A DNA stretch of 61,024 nucleotides, the filler included, from an uncultured bacterium (GTDB lineage Bacteria; CAYJOG01), in assembly GCA_964371695.1 (NCBI GenBank). It is 5 parts of 5 records of this genome, joined end to end, with 100 filler letters (N's around TTAATTAATTAA, not from the genome) between each part and the next. Parts side by side here need not be neighbours in the genome. Positions count along the whole stretch, not along the records: positions 36,983 to 48,962 come from CAYJOG010000040.1; positions 49,063 to 61,024 come from CAYJOG010000041.1; 3 more parts are not named here. The stretch is one strand, 5' to 3'. Below are positions 48,358 through 57,543 of the stretch, one piece after another. The translations under genes and the position numbers were made by a program. The notes under the pieces are model-generated. The model was not told the origin of the DNA. It saw only the letters and a program-made list of their open reading frames with translations, and ran no database searches. Position 1 is the stretch's first letter, and every line of letters begins with the position of its first letter.

Positions 48358-48720
48358 TTTTGCCCTCTCCCTGAGAGCCTGTTTGAAAACGAATGAAGAT
48401 TTGTTTTCAAACAGGATTGGCAGGCCAGGGATGGCCTGCAACGAAAGCCGAAGTGTTGAAAACACTGAGGTTTTCGCCCCGGCCAGGGGGCTTTGCCCCC
48501 GCCTGCCGGGAGTTTGAAAAGTCCACGACGGACTTTTCAAACAGGTTCTGAGGGAGAGGGCAGCCGAAGGTTGCGCCAAAGCGAAACCTGAGGCGGGTGA
48601 GGGGGGACGGCTGGACGCAAAAACCCCTCAATTTTCAAGTGTTTTCGTTCCCCCTCACCCGGACAGCGGCCTCACATCCGTTCGGCCTCGTCCCGCCCTC
48701 TCCCTCAGGGAGAGGGCAAA
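48358..48720. repeat. CCCTCTCCC-family doublet element hosting a nested MITE
   Basis: Terminal IR TTTGCCCTCTCCCT..AGGGAGAGGGCAAA and an inner GGGTGAGGGG/CCCCTCACCC pair. Confidence 0.75.
48375..48548 (+). mobile_element. 174-bp MITE with TGA target-site duplication
   Basis: TGA|GAGCCTGTTTGAAAA...TTTTCAAACAGGTTC|TGA. Removing it restores the host palindrome. Confidence 0.88.
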
Positions 48721-48803
48721 TGAAGCCGCCGTGACTCAGACAGGGTTCACAACCATGCCACCCAGGCGGGCCGTTTATACTGTCAGGGTTTTGCTGATGC
48801 GGG

Positions 48804-48962
48804 GAGCCTGTTTTAAAAATAGGCCATGTGAAACATGGCGCACGAGAAACAGGCTCTTGCGGCCATGGATGGCCGCATACGAAAACCGGAGCTTCGAAAA
48901 AGCGCAGGTTTTCGCCACGCCGAGGGGGCTTTGCCCCCGAAGGCGTTGGGTTTTAAAAGTCC
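48804..48962 (+). mobile_element. MITE, same family (truncated by contig end)
   Basis: GAGCCTGTTT start, CATGGATG loop, colinear with the glnE insert. Confidence 0.8.
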
Positions 48963-49216
48963 NNNNNNNNNNNNNNNNNNNNNNNNNNNNNNNNNNNNNN
49001 NNNNNNTTAATTAATTAANNNNNNNNNNNNNNNNNNNNNNNNNNNNNNNNNNNNNNNNNNNNTTCAGGAGGAACTTTTGAAACAATCCTGTGGGCCGGAG
49101 GTGTTCGCGGCGCAAGCAGGCTTTGCCTGCGCCGCGCCGGGCCGCAGCCGTTCACGATGAACGGCAAGGCCATTAAAACCAATGAACATTCCTGCTGTTT
49201 TGAATGTTCATTGGTA

Positions 49217-50197
49217 TTAAAAGTAGTCAAAAAACTTGCAAAACAGGCTCTTGCGGTCAGGGATGACCGCACCCGAAAACCGAAACTTTGAAAAAGTTGA
49301 GGTTTTCGCCCCGCAAGGGGGCTGTGCCCCCGCCAGCGGGTAGGTTTTAAAAGTCCACGACGGACTTTTAAAACAGGTTCTAAGGTTTTTCGTTGAGCAG
49401 GGCCTGATAAAAACAGTAATAAAATCCGCCCCGGCAATCCCAATAAATTTTTTGCCCGGCCCCCGCAGGCCAGAAACACGGTGGTGGGGCAACTTGGGGG
49501 TGTCCGGCGGCTGAAACCGGCGGATGCGTTCGGCCTGCACCTGAAGGCAGGCCACAAAAGACTCCCGGTCGTCGCCCGCCAGCCGATCGCAGTGGTTCTT
49601 GGCCCTGGAGCGGTCTGGTTCGGGCACACCATCCAGCAGGTTGGGTGGAATCCTTCGCAGGGCGGTGAGTTGCGCCACCATGCAGGTTTTGATTTTTTCC
49701 GTTTGACCCGCATAGGTTTCCAGGCAGTGTTGCTCTATCCGCGCCAGTTCGGCGTCGGGTGGGGGCACGGGTTTGGGTTTGGGCGGCAGCCGCACACGGT
49801 TGCTCAGTTGTTGGCGTTTTTTGTTGGCGCAGGCAGCCAGTTCGCCGGGTTTCTGGGCATACCACCGGCTGCACAGGCCCATGGCCGCTTCCATCAGCAG
49901 GTTCCCCAAGGGTTGGGGGGGCGTGTTTTTGCGGGGAGCGTGGCTTTTGGTCCATTGGGTGGAAAACTGCTTGACCGCCTTGGGGCTTAACCCCAGGCCG
50001 CACACCATCACGCGGGCAGAGCCGGACACGTCCTTGACGGGGGGCAGGGTGATCCAGCAAGGTGCAGGAATGGGGCGGGGCTTGGTCATGGCCCTTGCGC
50101 CTGCGTCAGACGACCCCAGGGCAAAACACAGGGCCAGGAAACAGCAGCATTTTTTGAAGACCGAGGGCACGGTAAGTGATTTTACCGTAGAACTCAT
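49217..50197 (-). CDS. Hypothetical exported protein with three Cx13C repeats
   Basis: Signal-like segment and repeated Cx13C helices. Both ends overlap MITEs, so boundaries are uncertain. Confidence 0.55.
   Translation of the reverse strand: MSSTVKSLTVPSVFKKCCCFLALCFALGSSDAGARAMTKPRPIPAPCWITLPPVKDVSGSARVMVCGLGLSPKAVKQFSTQWTKSHAPRKNTPPQPLGNLLMEAAMGLCSRWYAQKPGELAACANKKRQQLSNRVRLPPKPKPVPPPDAELARIEQHCLETYAGQTEKIKTCMVAQLTALRRIPPNLLDGVPEPDRSRAKNHCDRLAGDDRESFVACLQVQAERIRRFQPPDTPKLPHHRVSGLRGPGKKFIGIAGADFITVFIRPCSTKNLRTCFKSPSWTFKTYPLAGAQPPCGAKTSTFSKFRFSGAVIPDRKSLFCKFFDYF
49240..49380 (+). mobile_element. MITE, same family (left boundary uncertain)
   Basis: CAGGGATG loop, terminal hairpin, AAACAGGTTC|TAA. 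Confidence 0.78.
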
Positions 50198-50354
50198 CTC
50201 ATAAATCCCTCCATGGATTTATTCGATCGCCGTGGGCGGAAATGAATTCCGCCCACGAGCGCGGAAACCTGCGGGTTTTTAAACCCTCCGGTTTTCGGGG
50301 CAGGCCATCCAGGCCTGCCAGAAGCCATCTCTTTGACATTTATGAGATGGCTTC
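50190..50354 (-). mobile_element. MITE (GAAGCCATCTC subfamily), TA-flanked
   Basis: IR GAACTCATCTCATAAAT..ATTTATGAGATGGCTTC. Inverted copy at 58509-58657. Confidence 0.8.
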
Positions 50355-50373
50355 TACAACCGTTCAAGTCGGA

Positions 50374-52809
50374 TTACCGGCCCACAATGCCCATGCGCAG
50401 GATGATGGTTTCCAGCATTTCGTCGGTAACAGTGACAAAACGGGCCGCAGCGTTGTAGGACTTCTGCACTTCGATCATGTGGGTCAGTTCTTCGTCCAGG
50501 TTCACACCGCTGATTTCTTCGCGCCGGTTCAGGAACTCCTGAAGGATGAGCGTGTTGTTGGCCAGAGACTTTTGCGCGGCCTGAGAGTCCAGGCCCAGTT
50601 CGGCGATGGTGCTGTTGAAAAAGGTGGTGTAGGTGGAGGTGTGTTTGACCGAGAGGGATTGATCCTTGACGCCGGAAAGTTTCAGGTCATTTTGCAGGCG
50701 GGCGATTTCAACGGCGATCACGTTGTCGCCGGGCAGGTTGGCGAAAGACGGCGCAGCGGCGATTTTGTTCACGTCCGACTGGATTTCATCGGCCACCCGC
50801 AGGCGGCTGGCGGCGTCGGAATCGTGGCTGGTGAGGGTGGTGACCGACTGCATCAAACCGGCAGCGGTGAAAAAATCTTTTTGTCCGCCACCGCTCAGTT
50901 GGGTTTGCCGCATGTAAAGCGCGTTGCCGTTCTGATTGAGAATCGCCACACCCGCCGCCGTGAGGGTGACATCGCCCGTGTTCACGTTCAGTGTGAAATC
51001 CCGCCCATCCACCAGGGTGACGTCGTTGGGAATGTGACCCGCCCGGAAGGTAACGCTTTCGGGCACAATGGCGTTGGTGGCCGGGTTGAGTGGCACAACC
51101 GGCGGCACCATGGCGAACAGGTTAAAGGTGGTGTTGGCTGGGGGAGACTGGCGCACATAAAGCGTGTTGCCATTGGAGGCCAGCAGGGTGGTGCCGGAGG
51201 CCGTGAGGGCAATGTCGCCGGTAGCGACGTTGAGGGTGTAGTCAGTGCCCTGTTTCAGTTCCACACTGGCAGGCAAACCGCCTGTGCTGAGGGAGATGTT
51301 GGCGGCGGTGAGCGGCAGGCCGGGATAGTCCAGCAGCGCAAGGCCCACCAGGTTCACGGGCACGCCGGTGCCGGGCACACCGCCAAACGCCGCCACAATA
51401 TCGCCCGGCGGTGTCACATCGCCAATGGGGCCAAACTCGATGATCTGCTGTTGCAGTGCGTCGCCCCGGATGACGATGCGCCCGGCCTCGACATCAAAAA
51501 AAGCTTCCACGTTGGCTTGGCTTTCAAGCGCGCTCAGCACGTCGCGGATGGTGGTGGTGGTGGGGTCGCCGATGGCGATGTTGATGGTTTCGGTGGTGGT
51601 GGCGCTGTTGACCAGTTTGGTTTTGTTGATGGTGAGGGTGTTGAACCCGGAGATGCCCTGGCTGGAAAGCAGGGTGTTGGTGGTGATGGGGGGGTTCTGC
51701 GGGAACTGTTCTGTGCCGGTGTTGGTGTGCCGCCAGGTGGGGCTGAGCACGCCGGTGAGGGGAATCACCACTTTGTCGTCTGCGAAAAAGTTGAGGCGGG
51801 TGGTGCCATCCAGGCCAAAGCCCCGGCTGTGTACGCTGTTCACACCGGTGATCAGGGTTTCCACAAACTCGTCCAGGCGGTCCAGCACTTCGGGCACCAC
51901 CACGTCGCGCACCTGGATGTGGCCTCCCAACTCACCCGATACGGGCTTGACGGCGTTGAGGTTGTCCTCGCTGACGATCTTGCTGAAAATGGCGGTTTTT
52001 TCGTTGCGGGTGGCGGCGATGGTCTGGTTGGTGCTTTGGGCTTCGGTGAAGAGCTTGAACTGGTGATCGTTGCGCACCAGGGTGGTGCCAGAGCCGGTGA
52101 GCACGGCGATCTGCCCCTGCTCGGTGTTCAACACCTGCACCTCCAGCAGTTTGGAGAGGTCGTCCACCAGTACGTCGCGTTTGTCGTAGAGGTCGTTGGG
52201 ATTGTCGTTGTGGTTGACCGCCTTGACGATTTTCTGGTTCAGGTCGGCGATTTCAAAGCTGATTCGGTTGACGTTGTTCACCTTCTGTTTCATCTGGGTG
52301 TCGGCGTCAATCTGAATCTGGCGGATGTTGTAGTTCACCTGCTGGATAGTGTCCACCAGCGTGTTGGAGACTTCGCGCAACGCGGTGCGCACGGCGATGT
52401 TCTCCGGCTGTTTGGTGAGTTCGTGCCAACTGTTGAAAAAATTGTTGAGCGCGGTGCTGATGCCTTCGTCGCCCGGCTCGTTGAACACCGACTCGATTTG
52501 CCGCAGGGTGGTGGCCATCACGTCGTCGTTTCCTGTGCCATGGTTGGTGCGGCGCACCTGGGTGTCGATGAACACATCGCGGATGCGGATGACGTCGGTG
52601 ATGGTGACGCCGGTGCCAATCTGGCCGGGGCTGTAAAGCCGTGTGAGATCAGAAGGATAAAGCGGCGTGGTAGAGGCGGTGCCCGCACGCTGGCGGGAAT
52701 AACCCGGCGTGGAGGCGTTGCTCACGTTGTGGCCAATGGTGTCCTGCTCGCGCTGGTGGGTTTGCAGCGCGCGTTTGCCGGTTTCGAGTCCAAAAAAGGT
52801 GCTGCGCAT
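50374..52809 (-). CDS. flgK: Flagellar hook-associated protein FlgK
   Basis: GHNVSNASTPGYSRQ, GQIGTGV, ISGVNLDEE..YNAAAR. Confidence 0.95.
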   Translation of the reverse strand: MRSTFFGLETGKRALQTHQREQDTIGHNVSNASTPGYSRQRAGTASTTPLYPSDLTRLYSPGQIGTGVTITDVIRIRDVFIDTQVRRTNHGTGNDDVMATTLRQIESVFNEPGDEGISTALNNFFNSWHELTKQPENIAVRTALREVSNTLVDTIQQVNYNIRQIQIDADTQMKQKVNNVNRISFEIADLNQKIVKAVNHNDNPNDLYDKRDVLVDDLSKLLEVQVLNTEQGQIAVLTGSGTTLVRNDHQFKLFTEAQSTNQTIAATRNEKTAIFSKIVSEDNLNAVKPVSGELGGHIQVRDVVVPEVLDRLDEFVETLITGVNSVHSRGFGLDGTTRLNFFADDKVVIPLTGVLSPTWRHTNTGTEQFPQNPPITTNTLLSSQGISGFNTLTINKTKLVNSATTTETINIAIGDPTTTTIRDVLSALESQANVEAFFDVEAGRIVIRGDALQQQIIEFGPIGDVTPPGDIVAAFGGVPGTGVPVNLVGLALLDYPGLPLTAANISLSTGGLPASVELKQGTDYTLNVATGDIALTASGTTLLASNGNTLYVRQSPPANTTFNLFAMVPPVVPLNPATNAIVPESVTFRAGHIPNDVTLVDGRDFTLNVNTGDVTLTAAGVAILNQNGNALYMRQTQLSGGGQKDFFTAAGLMQSVTTLTSHDSDAASRLRVADEIQSDVNKIAAAPSFANLPGDNVIAVEIARLQNDLKLSGVKDQSLSVKHTSTYTTFFNSTIAELGLDSQAAQKSLANNTLILQEFLNRREEISGVNLDEELTHMIEVQKSYNAAARFVTVTDEMLETIILRMGIVGR

Positions 52810-52812
52810 CGG

Positions 52813-53280
52813 TTAACCCTCCTTGTCCACAGACAGGCCGGGCGGCGCCATGGGTTTTCCCTGGCGGGTGTAGGTGAGGGCCATTTTTTTGGGAGACACC
52901 GCGCCGAGCTGGGCCTGGATGTAAGACAGACCTTCGCGCAGCAGCAGGGTGTTGGCCTCCTGCATGTCCTTGAGGGTTTTTACCAACTGGCTGATGCGGG
53001 CAAAGCGCCCGGTGAGGCCTTCGCGGCGGCTGGGTTCGGCTTGCAGGATGTATTGGCTCATGGAGAGTTCCACCTTGCCCTCCTGGGCCAGCAGCGCCAT
53101 GCGCTCGGCTTCGGTGGCGGCCAGTTCCTGCTGGGCGACAGAAAGCCGCTCCATGGCCACGGTGAGGTCTTCGTGGCGGTTGTGGATGACGGCGTGTTGC
53201 AGCGCCTCGCTGGCGCTCAGGAGCGCCTCGAACTGTTCGATCTGCACGTCCAGCAAATTTTCAAGACTTTTACCGGGCAT
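52813..53280 (-). CDS. flgN: Flagellar export chaperone FlgN
   Basis: Helical, N..LL, TYTRQG C-terminal motif, immediately upstream of flgK. Confidence 0.8.
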   Translation of the reverse strand: MPGKSLENLLDVQIEQFEALLSASEALQHAVIHNRHEDLTVAMERLSVAQQELAATEAERMALLAQEGKVELSMSQYILQAEPSRREGLTGRFARISQLVKTLKDMQEANTLLLREGLSYIQAQLGAVSPKKMALTYTRQGKPMAPPGLSVDKEG

Positions 53281-53812
53281 CGTTCACCTTTTCGTCCATG
53301 TTGAGGGGAACTTGAGTGTTTCCAAAAACGGCAGTCGTCTGTTCAGGCGTCAAACCGCCCTGGGCCGCCAGGGGGGCCAGTTGTTCCAGCATCATGTCGC
53401 CCAGGCCCAGACCGCCCCCTTTGGCGGCTTCTTCACCCAATTGGTCATACATCATGCTGCGAAAGACCTCTTCGGCGAACCCGCCGTCCAGCAGGCCGCC
53501 TTTGGGCACGGTTTTCTGCATTTCTTTAAAGAGCATGGACAAAAAGAAACCTTCCATCATGGAGGCGGCTTTTTTCACGTCCTCCGGCGAGTTCTTTTTG
53601 GGGCCAAGCGCGATGCCCTTGTCGGGGGGCAGGGGAAGACCCAGGGGATTGGGGTCTGATTTTGCGCCGTTGAGTGAGTTCAGCTTTTTGGATTTGAAGG
53701 GCAGGCCCTGGCCCGGCGGCGTGAGGGGAATGCCCCTTTGGAGGGGAATCGCCTGGTGGGGGGCAGGCGTGGGCGGCAAACCCGGAAGGGGAGGGAGAGG
53801 GTTCATGGTCAC
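53270..53812 (-). CDS. flgJ: Rod-binding protein FlgJ (no muramidase domain)
   Basis: EGFF..M.KEM.KTV..F..M..GGLGL..M..QL. Confidence 0.85.
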   Translation of the reverse strand: MTMNPLPPLPGLPPTPAPHQAIPLQRGIPLTPPGQGLPFKSKKLNSLNGAKSDPNPLGLPLPPDKGIALGPKKNSPEDVKKAASMMEGFFLSMLFKEMQKTVPKGGLLDGGFAEEVFRSMMYDQLGEEAAKGGGLGLGDMMLEQLAPLAAQGGLTPEQTTAVFGNTQVPLNMDEKVNDAR

Positions 53813-54966
53813 ATCATCTTGATTTCGGCATTAAGCGCCCCGGCGGCTTTCAGCGCCTGCAGAATCGCCACCACGTCTTTGGGGGTGACGCCGAGCTGGT
53901 TGAGCAGTTCCACCAGTTCGCGGGTGCTCACGGCCCGTTTGCCGTTGGAACGCAGGCTCATGAGATATTCGTGGCGGGGTTCTTTTTCTTTGTTCATGGC
54001 ATTGGAGGCCGTGGCGCTGCCGGAGAGGTCCTCGGCCCCCATGGCAGACAACTCTGGGGTTTTGTCCACCGTGGCGCTGTCTTCTTCGATGGTGATGGAC
54101 AGGGTGCCGTGGGCGATGGTGACGGGCTGAATATCCATGTCGCCGCCGATCACGATGGTGCCGGTGCGTTCGTTGATGACAATCTGGGCCCGTGCGTCGG
54201 CGCTGATTTCGAGGGCTTCGAGGTGGGCGATGAATTTTACGGCGTGGCCCTTGTAGGTTTCGGGCATCAGCGTGACGATGGTGCCCATGTCCACCGCCAT
54301 GGCGGTGTCGGGGCCAAAGGCCTGATTGATGGCGTTTTCCACCCGTTCGGCGGTGGTGAAATCTGCCTTGTGCAGCACCACGCTCACGGTCTGGTTCTTG
54401 GCCACTTCCATGGGCACAGCCCGCTCTACAAAGGCCCCTCCCGGCAGGTTGGCGGTGGTGCGCACGTTGCCCGCGCCCCGCTGCTGCCGCTTGGTGCGGT
54501 CCACGCCCCCCAGACTCACCGCGCCCTGGGCCACGGCATAAATCTTGCCGTTGGCGGCCTGCATGGGGGTTTGCAGCAGTGTGCCGCCGTCGAGACTTTC
54601 CGCGTCGCCAATGCTGCTCACGGTGATGTCCAGCCGGTCGCCGGGCCGGGCAAAGGGGGGCAACTCGGCGGTCACCATCACCGCCGCCACGTTGCCCGCA
54701 GCCAGATCAGTAGAAGGCACGTTCAGCCCCAGGCGGTTCACCAGATTGGTCATCATCTGTCGGGTGACGGAAAGGTCCTGGTCGCCGGTGTCATCCAGCC
54801 CCACCACCAGACCCAGGCCATAAAGCTGGTTGCCGCGCACACCTTCCACACGGGCGAGGTCTTTGATGCGCATGGCGGCCATGGCGGGGGGCTGCAGCAT
54901 CAGGGCGGCGCAAAACCCCAGCAAAAGGACTTTCAGGAATATGGGTTTGAGTTGGGTCATGGTCAA
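53809..54966 (-). CDS. flgI: Flagellar P-ring protein
   Basis: RIKD..GVRGNQLYG.GLVVGL..TGD, NVAAVMVTA.LPPF, INERTGT. Confidence 0.97.
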   Translation of the reverse strand: MTMTQLKPIFLKVLLLGFCAALMLQPPAMAAMRIKDLARVEGVRGNQLYGLGLVVGLDDTGDQDLSVTRQMMTNLVNRLGLNVPSTDLAAGNVAAVMVTAELPPFARPGDRLDITVSSIGDAESLDGGTLLQTPMQAANGKIYAVAQGAVSLGGVDRTKRQQRGAGNVRTTANLPGGAFVERAVPMEVAKNQTVSVVLHKADFTTAERVENAINQAFGPDTAMAVDMGTIVTLMPETYKGHAVKFIAHLEALEISADARAQIVINERTGTIVIGGDMDIQPVTIAHGTLSITIEEDSATVDKTPELSAMGAEDLSGSATASNAMNKEKEPRHEYLMSLRSNGKRAVSTRELVELLNQLGVTPKDVVAILQALKAAGALNAEIKMM

Positions 54967-55583
54967 AAAAGGATGTCGAAGAGTTTTTGCAGCACGCCCT
55001 GTTTGCCTTTTTCGGCGATGGGCCCTTTGCCGTAATAAGAAATGCGGGCGTCACTCAGCAGGGTGCTCTGAATGGTGTTGCCAGGGCCGATGTCCTTGAT
55101 GCGGGCGAGGCCGGTGATCTTGATGAACTGGCTTTCGTTGTTGATGACGATTTCGCGGCGGCCCTCGATGAGCAGGTTGCCGTTGGGCAGTTCATCCACC
55201 ACGCGGGCGGTGAGTTGGGCGGAGAGGGTGCCCGAATGGGTGGTGGTGCCGCCGCCGCTTGAGCTGTTTTCGTTTTCAATGCCCAGCTTGCCAAAAATAT
55301 CCCCCAGGATTTTCATGTTGGAGGTTTCAATTTTGGGCTCGGACTTGGCTTTGCGACTGGTGGTGTGAGAGCTGGTGTCAGAGGCCGAAGCCCGTTCCGA
55401 AATCAGAATGGTCACCAAGTCGCCAATGCCCAGGGCTTTTTGGTCGGTGGTCAGGTTTGCCTTGGCGTCATCCAGCGGAAAAAGAGACCCCTCCGACGCC
55501 CGGAGGGCGGGAGGCGCAAGCGCCAGCGCGGCTGTCAGAGCCAGGGAAATGAACAGGGGTTTATAAAAAAAATCCATGACCAC
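54963..55583 (-). CDS. flgH: Flagellar L-ring protein
   Basis: D.KA..IGD.VTI.I.E, LPNGNL.IEG, DI...NTI.S, DARISY.GKG. Confidence 0.93.
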   Translation of the reverse strand: MVMDFFYKPLFISLALTAALALAPPALRASEGSLFPLDDAKANLTTDQKALGIGDLVTILISERASASDTSSHTTSRKAKSEPKIETSNMKILGDIFGKLGIENENSSSGGGTTTHSGTLSAQLTARVVDELPNGNLLIEGRREIVINNESQFIKITGLARIKDIGPGNTIQSTLLSDARISYYGKGPIAEKGKQGVLQKLFDILF

Positions 55584-56540
55584 TCAGTTTACCTCTCCCG
55601 TGGGGTTGTTGCCCGCCACGCTCACCAGGCCTTCTTCCAGCACCAGGGCGGTGAATACCCGCTTGAGGCCGGCGTGGCGCACCCGCACGGTTTCGCCTTC
55701 GCCGCCGCTGGAAAGCGCCTGACCCGAAAGCGACACCACCAGACGGCCCCGGCGAGCCAGCACCTTGACCGTGTCACCCCGTCGCACCAGCAGGGGCTGG
55801 CCCAGCAGGTCGGCGCTCACCGCCGCACCGGGGGGAATGGCCCGGCGGGCCAACTTGCCGCCCACCTGTTCCACCGAAAGGGGGCTTGTCTTTTGCCGCC
55901 ACGACACCCACATGGGGCGCACGTCTTCCTGGCGCAGGGTTTCGCCCCGCGAGATGCCGCGCACCGCCACCAGCGAGGGCAGTTGAAAATCGAAATAGGG
56001 GTCCAGGTTGACGCGGTGCAACTCTTTGCCGCCAAAACTCACCGCCACCATGGGCTGCTGGGCGCTGGGCACTTTGAGTGTCAGGCGGCCCGTAGGCAGG
56101 ATCATGGGATTGAATGGCTCCTTGGCCATCGCCCGAAAACCGGGGTGGGCCTTGGCGAAGGGACTGTCCGGGGCGCTAAGGGCTTCCAGCAGGGCTGGGG
56201 CATCCACCTGTTGATCCTGCCGCTTCAGGAGGATTCGCTCTGGCGCCCGCAGGCCGGTGGTTTTCAGGAATCCTGCGCCGGTTTTGGCCTTGAGGCGCGC
56301 CAGCAACAGGGTGCCCGACATCACCTGGGGTTTTCCCAGGGCCGGGCTTAACCCCAGGGCCATGGACAACTGGCCGGTGTTGAGTTTGTTGTGCAACTCT
56401 GCGGGCAACACGTCCGCCACGGTGTAGCGCTCGTTTTTGAGCACCAGCGTGTCGGCCACCAGGGGTCCGGCCAGGGTGGGGGAGGCCAGGGCAATGAACA
56501 CCATCACCATCCACCACGCACCGTTGGCTCTGTTATTCAT
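55584..56540 (-). CDS. flgA: P-ring formation chaperone FlgA
   Basis: SAF-like domain, LVRRGD.V, GQAL..G..GE.VRV, between flgG and flgH. Confidence 0.85.
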   Translation of the reverse strand: MNNRANGAWWMVMVFIALASPTLAGPLVADTLVLKNERYTVADVLPAELHNKLNTGQLSMALGLSPALGKPQVMSGTLLLARLKAKTGAGFLKTTGLRAPERILLKRQDQQVDAPALLEALSAPDSPFAKAHPGFRAMAKEPFNPMILPTGRLTLKVPSAQQPMVAVSFGGKELHRVNLDPYFDFQLPSLVAVRGISRGETLRQEDVRPMWVSWRQKTSPLSVEQVGGKLARRAIPPGAAVSADLLGQPLLVRRGDTVKVLARRGRLVVSLSGQALSSGGEGETVRVRHAGLKRVFTALVLEEGLVSVAGNNPTGEVN

Positions 56541-56546
56541 TTGGTT

Positions 56547-57350
56547 TTACCGTTTGAGCTGGTTGGCTATTCCCAGCATTTCGTCGGAGGTCTGCACCGC
56601 CCGGCTGTCGGCCTCAAAGGCGCGCTGGGCGAGAATCAGATGCACCATTTCGTCCACGATCTGCACGTTGCTGGTTTCCAAAAAACCCTGCTGCACGGTG
56701 CCAAAGCCGTTCTGGCCGGGCTGGCCCACCTGGGGGGGGCCGCTGGCGACGGTTTCGCCCAGCAGGTTGCCGCCAAGGTTTTTAAGGCCGCCGGGGTTGA
56801 TGAACTTCACCAGTTCCAGTTGGCCGATCTGCTGCAGATCGGGTTGACCGGGCAACAACACGCTGATGACGCCATCAATGGAGATGTCCACCTGAATGGT
56901 GTCCTGGGGCACGGTCACCTGGGGTTCCAGGAAGAACCCCGAAGCGGTCACCACATTGCCGTCGCGGTCCAGTTTGAAAGACCCGTCGCGGCTGTAGGCG
57001 ATGGAGCCGTCTTGTCGGCGCACCTGAAAGAAACCGCCATTGGAGCCGCTGGGGTCCAGAATGGCCACATCGAGCGGGTTGTCTGTCTGTTGCAGCGATC
57101 CCTGCATGAAAAGTTTTTCGGTGGCTTCGGGCTTCACACCAAGGCCCACGGAGACGCCGGTGGGGTTCTGGCTGCCCTGCAACACCGGCGAACCGGCCTC
57201 TTTGATGTATTGATACACGAGGTCCTGAAAGTTGGGCCGGGCCTTTTTGAAGCCATGGGTGTTGACGTTGGAGAGGTTGTTGGAGGTGATGTCGGTGAAG
57301 AACTGCTGGGTCTTCATGCCGGTGGCAGCGGTGAAAAGTGCTCTCATCAT
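56547..57350 (-). CDS. flgG: Flagellar distal rod protein
   Basis: AATGM..NNLSNVNT.GFKK..FQDL.YQ, YSRDGSF, QGFLE.SNV..EM. Confidence 0.96.
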   Translation of the reverse strand: MMRALFTAATGMKTQQFFTDITSNNLSNVNTHGFKKARPNFQDLVYQYIKEAGSPVLQGSQNPTGVSVGLGVKPEATEKLFMQGSLQQTDNPLDVAILDPSGSNGGFFQVRRQDGSIAYSRDGSFKLDRDGNVVTASGFFLEPQVTVPQDTIQVDISIDGVISVLLPGQPDLQQIGQLELVKFINPGGLKNLGGNLLGETVASGPPQVGQPGQNGFGTVQQGFLETSNVQIVDEMVHLILAQRAFEADSRAVQTSDEMLGIANQLKR

Positions 57351-57543
57351 AAAAGATCAACCCCTTTTTGGTGGTTTTGTGTCTGTTCTGTGTGCCTGTT
57401 CAAACGCGCAGGGGAGTTCCCTGTTGTCTGTGGGATGGGCGTTTCCGTCTTCCGCGCCCCAGGCTTCCCGTTAGGGTCCGGCCGTGTCTCGCCACAGGTA
57501 GTTATGTCATTGTAGGACAATTTTCGGCTCATTGTTCAAATTT

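Noticed and set aside
12450-49062. TTAATTAATTAA palindrome recurring about every 12 kb
   Set aside because: It is embedded in N runs and truncates genes, so it is an assembly linker with stops in all frames.
50905-51264. flgK internal repeat as a DGR template/variable pair
   Set aside because: Both copies are in-frame and diverged at all base types, and no reverse transcriptase is in the window.
50242-53304. Long plus-strand ORF (1020 aa) and similar long ORFs at 153, 13144 and 27903
   Set aside because: They are antisense shadows of real genes, common in high-GC DNA, and have no motifs.
57347-57532. 61-aa ORF between flgF and flgG
   Set aside because: No recognisable motif and it cannot be distinguished from a chance ORF, although it fills the gap.
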